IMG/VR virus record: IMGVR_UViG_3300035228_001078
From: a virus
Reading direction: 5' to 3' (one strand)
DNA: 64,000 nucleotides
The stretch's first letter is position 1; every line of letters begins with the position of its first letter. This document shows, one piece after another, positions 57,876 through 64,000 of this stretch. A program made the position numbers and the translations under genes. The notes below the pieces were generated by a model. It was not told the origin of the DNA. It ran no database searches and saw only the letters and a program-made list of their open reading frames with translations.

Positions 57876-59798
57876 CTACTGTCTGATTAGCGTTCCGTTG
57901 GAGTAACTAGAAGTGATTTGATAGCCAATGCCAGAAATTTGCTGACCTGAGGAAATCGTGTCTCTAACAATATTTATCTTGGTATTGGACATGTCTAATG
58001 CAAGATAAAGATCTTTTAGTCCAATTACATCATTTGATTCAGGATAAGCTTGAATTTCTACAATGTTGTTACCCTTAACTGTGTTATCAATGTTGATAGT
58101 ATTCATAATTACTTCACCTTTAAGGTAATCTACAATTCCTGCAGATTTAACAACAACAGTAGCGGGTTCACCTGCACTTTGTGAAGGTTTAAAGATAGCA
58201 AGGTCACCAAATCTTCCATCATCTCTGGGAATATCAGAGATATACACAGTATCTGGGAATCCATCAATTTGGAATCCAGTAGATTTAATTGTTCCGCCAC
58301 CTTCTAGAATGTGGAACCGATTACCAAAGCATAACTCATACTGAGCAAACTGATTGACCAATGCTTTGAGATCTCTCCGCATGGTAACCTTCATAATATT
58401 GGAAGTAATAGAAGGATCAGTCTGATCAATGATTCTTTGGGCTTCAGAATATTTAAATCTACCTCCAAATGCATTCAGGTTAGTAGATCTGCCATATTGT
58501 GTAAGAGATTCTGTAACCTCACCTTTCAAACTGTTTGCATCATCTAGAATACTATTGTTATAGTAAACAGAAGTGTCTAATTCAACATAAAGAATCTGCA
58601 GATCTTTGATTCTTTGGTTAATGCCTGCAATACCGTATTGCTTCAGTCGTGATAGAATAGTTGTCTTTGTAAAGTCGGATAAAAATGTACCGCCTTTTGG
58701 TTTAATACTTAAAATTACAGTTCCAAATTCTGGTGGGTCTAATTCTTCTCCACCAACAACAGAAATGGATTCTGCATTAGGATAAATGTCCGAAACGATA
58801 GCTTCGTAGTCCTTCGGTGTAACCGCCCTAGACTGCGCTGAGTAGAGTCTAGGAGCAAAGTATCGTATAGAGTCAATTGACTCGATGTCGCCGCCATTAC
58901 GGGCAGGCTGAGAGGTGATTACATTGATTGGAGAGGGTGATACAACAGGATTACCAGAGTCATCTACGATTCTACCTGAGAATGCAAAATTCTTTCCTTC
59001 ATTTCCTGACTTTCCATCAGTCAAAATGAACGAAACATCAATCTGATCACCATTATTCAGTTTAGTACCGAAAATACCATCACCAAAGAGGATTTCGTAG
59101 GTCTCATTTGCTGTTTCTTGGATCAAATAGATGTTTGACCCACTTGTTACATCAATAATATTGTCAACTTTAGAGAATTGGAGACCAGCAGACGCTCCAG
59201 ATCGTCTTACAGTGACTTTTAGGGTGTCTAAATCGATTCCAGTGTTGTCTAAGAGGAATCTTTGCTCAGAACTTCCATTAGAAACGAAACTTCTTGTTAA
59301 AAATATGCCCTGAAAGACCGAGATACCGCTAAATTTAGCTGTTCTAGCAGGATTTTGTGATGTTGGGCTCTGTCCAGAGTCAATTGGACTAGCTATAGTG
59401 ATATCTTCGGGTACAGAGAAGACAAAATTGGTGTCATTGATGACTCCAACCACTGCTAAACCAGCTTTTAAGGTTACTGTATTGCTATTGCCCTTAAATG
59501 GGAAGTCAAAATCAATAACTGCTAAGGGAGCTTTCTTAGATCTCGGTACATAACCAATGTTTCTTGCCAAAGAGACGACATTTTCTCTCAAAGTGGCAGA
59601 ATCAAGGAAAGCTTCGTTAGCAATCATGTTGCTATTGAAGGCAGTAATATAAGTGTTGTATGCTAATACATCGATTAGCACCGACATATTAGATCCTTCA
59701 TAGTCAAAGTCACTAAAATCCGAGTTAGATCGGAGGTAATCTTTAATAGATTCCTTAATCTGCTCGAAATTTAAGTTTGTAAACTTAGTGAAGGGCAT
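57876..59798 (-). CDS. gp6: Baseplate wedge subunit
   Basis: DFDYEGSNMSVLIDVLAYNT, FLDSATLRENVVSLARNIGYVPRS, QSRAVTPKDYE. Confidence 0.96.
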   Translation of the reverse strand: MPFTKFTNLNFEQIKESIKDYLRSNSDFSDFDYEGSNMSVLIDVLAYNTYITAFNSNMIANEAFLDSATLRENVVSLARNIGYVPRSKKAPLAVIDFDFPFKGNSNTVTLKAGLAVVGVINDTNFVFSVPEDITIASPIDSGQSPTSQNPARTAKFSGISVFQGIFLTRSFVSNGSSEQRFLLDNTGIDLDTLKVTVRRSGASAGLQFSKVDNIIDVTSGSNIYLIQETANETYEILFGDGIFGTKLNNGDQIDVSFILTDGKSGNEGKNFAFSGRIVDDSGNPVVSPSPINVITSQPARNGGDIESIDSIRYFAPRLYSAQSRAVTPKDYEAIVSDIYPNAESISVVGGEELDPPEFGTVILSIKPKGGTFLSDFTKTTILSRLKQYGIAGINQRIKDLQILYVELDTSVYYNNSILDDANSLKGEVTESLTQYGRSTNLNAFGGRFKYSEAQRIIDQTDPSITSNIMKVTMRRDLKALVNQFAQYELCFGNRFHILEGGGTIKSTGFQIDGFPDTVYISDIPRDDGRFGDLAIFKPSQSAGEPATVVVKSAGIVDYLKGEVIMNTINIDNTVKGNNIVEIQAYPESNDVIGLKDLYLALDMSNTKINIVRDTISSGQQISGIGYQITSSYSNGTLIRQ

Positions 59799-59803
59799 TT
59801 TAT

Positions 59804-60202
59804 CTACCTAGTTGTTTCTAACAAGAACTCAAAGTTCTGTTTAGGGAAAGAGTCACCAACGATATCGTATGAAATCATCACTTCAAATGAATGATCATCG
59901 GGTCTTGGTTCTACATTCACCTGAACATTGTCAATTCTACCCTCAAAACCGTTCAGAACATCAAATATTTGTTGTGCAACTACTGATGCAGTAGGGAAAT
60001 CAATGAATTCAAATAATGCATCACGAACGCCAGTACCTAGAGCATCCTTAAACGGTCTCTCACCAGAACTAGTCTCAATTAAATTACGAACAGCCCTTTT
60101 AATAGCATCCTCATTTTTCAGAACTGCGATGTCGCCAGTTACTGGATGAGGTTGAAAAGATAAACTAATATCTTTGAATGCTTTAGAAGCGTCTGAAGCC
60201 AT
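59804..60202 (-). CDS. gp25: Baseplate wedge subunit / sheath initiator
   Basis: FKDISLSF..HPVTGD...NEDAIKRAVRNLI.T..GERPF...G...LFE. Confidence 0.94.
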   Translation of the reverse strand: MASDASKAFKDISLSFQPHPVTGDIAVLKNEDAIKRAVRNLIETSSGERPFKDALGTGVRDALFEFIDFPTASVVAQQIFDVLNGFEGRIDNVQVNVEPRPDDHSFEVMISYDIVGDSFPKQNFEFLLETTR

Positions 60203-60225
60203 GAAATGGCACTATATATCGAGAT

Positions 60226-60233
60226 TATTTATA
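60226..60233 (-). promoter_or_regulatory. T4 late promoter TATAAATA (gp25-gp6-gp7)
   Basis: Exact match 23 nt upstream of the gp25 ATG. Confidence 0.85.
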
Positions 60234-60238
60234 GAGTC

Positions 60239-60379
60239 TCACTCTAGGTCTTCATCATCTACAACTTCTTCGCTTAGTAAAGACTGCCTTTTGTGATCAT
60301 GCTTATGATCACCAGCTACTTCTCTCAGCATTTTTTCATGCTGATGAGCAGCAAGATTATCTAGGAAGTCGTTTGTCAT
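60239..60379 (-). CDS. Hypothetical protein (46 aa)
   Basis: Start moved to ATG 60379 (MTNDFLDNLAAHQHEKMLREV...); ATAAATA upstream at ~60400. Confidence 0.6.
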   Translation of the reverse strand: MTNDFLDNLAAHQHEKMLREVAGDHKHDHKRQSLLSEEVVDDEDLE

Positions 60380-60398
60380 ATTAAAAGACCATGTTTGG

Positions 60399-61064
60399 CT
60401 ATTTATTCTCTCTAATAAACTTTTCTTCTTCTGTTTCCCAATAATATTCATCACAGTCACCAAGCCTACCCCATCGGATACCGTTTTCAACTTGGAAATA
60501 TTTCGTGCTGACCTTAAAATCGGGCACGAGCGGCGTTTCGGGGGTTATAGAGAGGTCAAAGATTCGTGTTCGATTGTTGGGATATAAAGCGAATTGCCCA
60601 TTTTCCAACTCAATACAGTTATGAGACTTATGTTCCTCAGGAATTTCGCTAACATTTGTATTTGTAGTGTCTATGTCTGGGTGGAAGTTGTCCAGAGTGA
60701 AGCAGTATTCGCCGTTAAGGGTGCCGAAGTTGCGTGTGCGTACTTGGAAGTCCATTGACCCAATAAACTGCTTCTCAAGGCATCTGACGCCATAGTCCAT
60801 ACAGTTCCAAAACTGTAGGTTAGGTAAGTCTAAATCAGGATCAGGAATCTCTGGTCGGGACAAAAACGCAGAGATCGGAAGCTTGTCAAACATTGCTGCA
60901 TACTTAGGCAAATATGTCTCAAAATAAAAAGCGCGTCCAGGTATCGACTTAACCGATACCCAAACGCCCTCTACAAACTCACCAAATCCATCTTGGAAAT
61001 CTCTAAGGTATTCTTTACGAACCCAGACTTTCTGCGGTGGAAGATTGATGATTAATTGACTCAC
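60399..61064 (-). CDS. Conserved hypothetical protein (221 aa)
   Basis: NLPP..VWVRKEYLRD...KSIPGRAFYFETYL...DKLPISAF...LQFWNC...EHKSHN...NGQFALYPNNR. Confidence 0.85.
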   Translation of the reverse strand: MSQLIINLPPQKVWVRKEYLRDFQDGFGEFVEGVWVSVKSIPGRAFYFETYLPKYAAMFDKLPISAFLSRPEIPDPDLDLPNLQFWNCMDYGVRCLEKQFIGSMDFQVRTRNFGTLNGEYCFTLDNFHPDIDTTNTNVSEIPEEHKSHNCIELENGQFALYPNNRTRIFDLSITPETPLVPDFKVSTKYFQVENGIRWGRLGDCDEYYWETEEEKFIRENK

Positions 61065-61207
61065 TTACCTTGTCCCCGATACCTCTTACGAGCCGCGTTC
61101 GCGCTCGTCGCACTAAGTTTTGTGTGCTTACCATTCCCCTGACGAGTTTTTTTGGGGATTGCTTCGATGAATGTTCCGCCGAGCAACGATTTTTTTACCT
61201 TAGCCAT
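61061..61207 (-). CDS. Small highly basic protein (48 aa)
   Basis: Hand-translated MAKVKKSLLGGTFIEAIPKKTRQGNGKHTKLSATSANAARKRYRGQGK*; GTGA-coupled to the next ORF. Confidence 0.75.
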   Translation of the reverse strand: MAKVKKSLLGGTFIEAIPKKTRQGNGKHTKLSATSANAARKRYRGQGK

Positions 61208-61361
61208 TTAGATCTCTAATAATATGTGTGACTGAATCAGGATGAGGAGTACCTGTCTGATAAAATGAGATAGCATACTCCTCCATAAGATCCATGAATT
61301 CGTCTTCACTTACATCGGTGTGCCTCTCAGACCCATCAACATAGATTGTGTAGACTTCCAT
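61200..61361 (-). CDS. Small acidic hypothetical protein (53 aa)
   Basis: Hand-translated MEVYTIYVDGSERHTDVSEDEFMDLMEEYAISFYQTGTPHPDSVTHIIRDLNG*. Confidence 0.68.
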   Translation of the reverse strand: MEVYTIYVDGSERHTDVSEDEFMDLMEEYAISFYQTGTPHPDSVTHIIRDLNG

Positions 61362-61368
61362 AGATCAA

Positions 61369-62124
61369 TCAGATAACCCGAGTCTTCTCGTGACCAACCC
61401 TGATACGGGGATCACACCAAATCTCAAATCCTGCTTCGATAGCGTCGAGGCAGAAACTCACATCCTCTCCACACATATCCTGGACATCGCCAGACTCAAA
61501 GACTTGCATCTTCGGTGCGAACCATGGATACTTCATCTCTTCGTGCTCAAAGACTCCATTCTTAATCAGAACCCATCCGAAACCTGTGTAGTCCACAGTG
61601 AAGGGCTTCTTACGCTTGGACATCGTTTCACCAGTCTCATGATTCATGACACCACCGTTGTTACGGAAGTCTCCTTCTTCTAACCAGTGAGCAACAGATG
61701 TAGTACGACCATCTTCAGTCATATACCAACCAGCTGCAATTTCCTTCTCCATAAGAACCAACTGCAAGAACTTCTCAGTATTGTAAACAATATCCGAGTC
61801 GATCCACAACTGATAATCATACTTAAGTTTTCCGTCCCAGGGAACCTGATCAGGACCACGAAGGACATTCGCTCCAAGACACTTGCATCTTGCAAAGTTT
61901 ACCATGGAGGAATAGTCTTGACTGATCTGAATACTGGCTCCCATTTGCACCAGATCAAAACTCAGTTGTAAAAAACTCTTGAGGAACTGATAAGAACATC
62001 CGCGACCTGGCATACAGAAGACAATTGCCTTGCCCCTGAGCATCTCGCGAGCCTTATCATAGTCCCATTCTGGTTCTTCTTTCTTCTGGGGTGCTTTTGC
62101 TTTTACAGTAAATCCTTTAGCCAT
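61369..62124 (-). CDS. Putative GT-A fold (family 2-like) glycosyltransferase
   Basis: YQLWIDSDIV (DxD), VDYTGFGWVLIK..VFE, YPWF, GEDVSFC, GFEIWCDPRIRVGH. Confidence 0.75.
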   Translation of the reverse strand: MAKGFTVKAKAPQKKEEPEWDYDKAREMLRGKAIVFCMPGRGCSYQFLKSFLQLSFDLVQMGASIQISQDYSSMVNFARCKCLGANVLRGPDQVPWDGKLKYDYQLWIDSDIVYNTEKFLQLVLMEKEIAAGWYMTEDGRTTSVAHWLEEGDFRNNGGVMNHETGETMSKRKKPFTVDYTGFGWVLIKNGVFEHEEMKYPWFAPKMQVFESGDVQDMCGEDVSFCLDAIEAGFEIWCDPRIRVGHEKTRVI

Positions 62125-62145
62125 AACGATTAATTACGCATCATC

Positions 62146-62174
62146 ATTCTAACAGTTTATATAGTACGAGTCAA
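62146..62174 (-). promoter_or_regulatory. sigma70-type promoter for the glycosyltransferase
   Basis: TTGACT-N17-TAGAAT with an extended TG, 21 nt upstream of the ATG. Confidence 0.7.
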
Positions 62175-62351
62175 TTACCCGTCATATTCTTCTTCGAGGA
62201 AGATCCCATCGACATCCAGAGTCATTACGATCTCTGTCCCATCATACCAATCAAGTTCATTACAATAGTTCTCAGGTATTGTTATGACATACTCATTACT
62301 TACAGGATCGACCCATATAGTAGATTTTACCTTGTGGGATTTTTTTTCCAT
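62175..62351 (-). CDS. AbrB/MazE/SpoVT-like small DNA-binding protein (58 aa)
   Basis: Hand-translated MEKKSHKVKSTIWVDPVSNEYVITIPENYCNELDWYDGTEIVMTLDVDGIFLEEEYDG*; matches the swapped-hairpin pattern ITIP....L.W..G..I. Confidence 0.7.
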   Translation of the reverse strand: MEKKSHKVKSTIWVDPVSNEYVITIPENYCNELDWYDGTEIVMTLDVDGIFLEEEYDG

Positions 62352-62634
62352 ACACGAACCTATGAGTTCGTTTTTATATATGAAATATTTTTTTTATTCC
62401 ATTGATATATCGAGCTCGAATTCGGTTCGTTGTAGGTTACAAGGACCCATCAAATTTAAACCACTGTCTAATAAGAACTGTGTGTCTACTAAGTGATACT
62501 CACAGCATCATGATGTAGGTCCCCCTCAATGATACTCAGAATACCTCAGAATGCCTCAGAGCTGTTACATAGTGCCTGTGAGTGATTGATAGCCAGCTGG
62601 CATGTGATTGGTGTGCCTGGGTGATGTCCTCCCT

Positions 62635-62664
62635 ATTATACCATGATGATGCCAGTCTTTGCAA
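62635..62664 (-). promoter_or_regulatory. sigma70-type promoter
   Basis: TTGCAA-N18-TATAAT with an extended TG (TGgTATAAT), followed by GGGAGG. Confidence 0.55.
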
Positions 62665-62725
62665 TGTGTCTCATAATACTCATAAGAACTGTGTGTGGAC
62701 TATGTAACATAAAAATCCGAATTAC

Positions 62726-62754
62726 TTGACAAACTCCGATCCTCATGGTACGCT
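62726..62754 (+). promoter_or_regulatory. sigma70-type promoter on the plus strand with no downstream gene
   Basis: TTGACA-N17-TACGCT with an extended TG (TGgTACGCT). Confidence 0.55.
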
Positions 62755-62901
62755 CGCTTAGCTGACATCTCCTCCGCACATTTCTAAGGTTTATAACACT
62801 TTCTACAAAACAGGCATATATGTTTTTTTAACCCTTTTTAAATGATTTGATAATACACTTGGAAGACACTTGCAAGACGCCCCAGAGACACTCAGAGGGG
62901 T

Positions 62902-63087
62902 CTATTTGTCGTCTATGATGATTATACTATGTTGCTGGTTAGGGTACACACAGATGCAACACTGATTACTTCCGCGTCCATCAGGATTAGGTTTAGAGCT
63001 AAGGCAAATGGTTACATATTCTTCATCGATGAAGTTAATGAAACCTTTCATTCCTTGGTAGGTTACTGACTGACCGCTGATGAACAT
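62902..63087 (-). CDS. Hypothetical early-region protein (61 aa)
   Basis: GQSVTYQGMKGFINFIDEEYVTICL...CCICVYP; on the coding strand. Confidence 0.7.
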   Translation of the reverse strand: MFISGQSVTYQGMKGFINFIDEEYVTICLSSKPNPDGRGSNQCCICVYPNQQHSIIIIDDK

Positions 63088-63233
63088 GGTGATGATAGTT
63101 GATAGAGTGTGCTATCTAATAGGTCTGTGATATGTAAAGGCAATTGACCTTTACTTTCCCATCTATTTCTATACTCTACTGTGAGTGATCTAAGTAATCC
63201 TAACTGTGTTGCACTAAGTTCAACTTTCATCAT
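63063..63233 (-). CDS. Hypothetical protein (56 aa)
   Basis: Hand-translated MMKVELSATQLGLLRSLTVEYRNRWESKGQLPLHITDLLDSTLYQLSSPCSSAVSQ*; TAATG-coupled. Confidence 0.55.
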   Translation of the reverse strand: MMKVELSATQLGLLRSLTVEYRNRWESKGQLPLHITDLLDSTLYQLSSPCSSAVSQ

Positions 63234-63373
63234 TACCAATTAGCGAGGATAAGTTCTTCAGATAGGACAGGTTCTTCGGGGACAATGTTTAACAAATCGT
63301 CTCCTCTATTATACCACCAATCATGGGGGATTGCATCCATGATTTGTTCGATGTCGTAATCAAGTTTATCCAT
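63233..63373 (-). CDS. Hypothetical acidic protein (46 aa)
   Basis: Hand-translated MDKLDYDIEQIMDAIPHDWWYNRGDDLLNIVPEEPVLSEELILANW*; SD AGGAG. Confidence 0.55.
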   Translation of the reverse strand: MDKLDYDIEQIMDAIPHDWWYNRGDDLLNIVPEEPVLSEELILANW

Positions 63374-63391
63374 GGCGGTGATACTCCTAGT

Positions 63392-63676
63392 CTAGAGAAT
63401 TTCCAGAGATGTGACATCAATGTCTTCTAACATTATATCACATATGCGAGCAATTTCCTTTTGGGATGATGCTTCGATCTTAAAGATGAATCCATCGGTA
63501 TCATGACGCAGAATCATGATGTTCATATGTTCTTCATATTTAGCGATGAAGTTGGCAATCAGATGAGGATTATCATCAGTGAATGATATGAATAGTTCAG
63601 CAGATTCGGGCGAATAGAATTCAATACCTTTGGCAAGATTGTCGAGGGAGAGCTTAGACACGAAAGGAAAAGTCAC
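63392..63676 (-). CDS. Hypothetical early-region protein
   Basis: ORF-track frame; likely GTG start near 63676, since the extra upstream codons overlap a terminator hairpin and a pyrimidine-rich leader. Confidence 0.6.
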   Translation of the reverse strand: MTFPFVSKLSLDNLAKGIEFYSPESAELFISFTDDNPHLIANFIAKYEEHMNIMILRHDTDGFIFKIEASSQKEIARICDIMLEDIDVTSLEIL

Positions 63677-63704
63677 AGGATGAGGAGTAAGAAAAGGATG
63701 GAAT

Positions 63705-63738
63705 AAAAGCGGGCATAGATTGATGCCCACTCTTTTTT
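63705..63738. terminator. Hairpin terminator, potentially bidirectional
   Basis: AAAAGC-GGGCAT-AGATTG-ATGCCC-ACTCTTTTTT. Confidence 0.6.
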
Positions 63739-63749
63739 AGATTTAATCA

Positions 63750-64000
63750 TCAGGCGAAGCAATAACCGTTAACAAAATCATCAGCGTTGAAGACTTTGCT
63801 CTGACCTGCCTGCCCTACAAATTTGCGGACATACCAAACGAAATCCTTTTGAAATACTCCTTCGCCAGTGATGCAGAACTCATCACAGAGAGCGTTGAGG
63901 CGTGATTTTGTGGTTACAGACTGCCAACCGCCATCGAAGATGGTCATATCGTTGTCTGAGACCTCAGCGATTTTGTTGCCGTGTAGGCGGACGATGCTGA
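63750..64000 (-). CDS. Conserved cyanophage early protein (3' part; starts beyond the window)
   Basis: Frame is open to the window edge: SIVRLHGNKIAEV...IFDGGWQSVTTKSRLNAL...GVFQKDFVWYV. Confidence 0.8.
   Translation of the reverse strand, partial: SIVRLHGNKIAEVSDNDMTIFDGGWQSVTTKSRLNALCDEFCITGEGVFQKDFVWYVRKFVGQAGQSKVFNADDFVNGYCFA

Larger units (their letters stand above)
62471..62896. repeat. Non-coding region with short direct repeats
   Basis: ATAAGAACTGTGTGT at 62471-62485 and 62682-62696; three tandem 10-mers ending CTCAGA at 62531-62560; ACACTTG(G/C)AAG twice near 62855-62877; GACACTCAGA at 62887-62896. Confidence 0.7.

Noticed and set aside
62471-62896. Short repeats as a possible CRISPR or mini-array
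   Set aside because: Repeats are 10-15 bp, irregularly spaced, without unique spacers of constant length; no cas genes.
1-64000. tRNA genes or alternative genetic code
   Set aside because: No cloverleaf or T-loop signature was seen in the few intergenic gaps; core genes are full length in the standard code and end in TAA, TGA or TAG.

Overview
This window is 64 kb of a T4-like cyanobacterial myovirus (Kyanoviridae-type). Essentially all real genes are on the minus strand. In transcription order (right to left): the end of an early small-ORF region; a ~550-bp non-coding segment with divergent sigma70-type promoters and short repeats; an AbrB-like ORF, a GT-A glycosyltransferase and small conserved ORFs; the baseplate/tail block (gp25, gp6, a 4474-aa gp7, gp8, a 2466-aa VrlC/DUF4815-like protein, a 2273-aa fiber); enlarged neck proteins gp13 and gp14; gp15 and gp16; an accessory island between gp16 and gp17 (plastocyanin, ferredoxin, a truncated Gnd, small ORFs); gp17-gp23; three unannotated mini-ORFs; gp3, uvsY, uvsW, gp55, gp47, gp46; and the 5' part of a HExxH peptidase gene. 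I saw no tRNA, rRNA, CRISPR array, transposase or reverse transcriptase. Most notable: (i) a G-[IVLF]-x-[ST]-(T) micro-motif repeated in unrelated virion proteins (possible modification sequon); (ii) a poly-Pro plus 30-Arg insert in the VrlC-like protein; (iii) nested domain repeats in gp7; (iv) lectin/Reelin-like inserts in the neck proteins; (v) a Rossmann-only Gnd; (vi) a twin-CX3C mini-gene flanked by identical terminators; (vii) mini-ORFs with leaders resembling the T4 capsid-targeting sequence; (viii) two near-consensus plus-strand promoters with no gene to drive. Family names come from my recognition of motifs and synteny; no searches were run.
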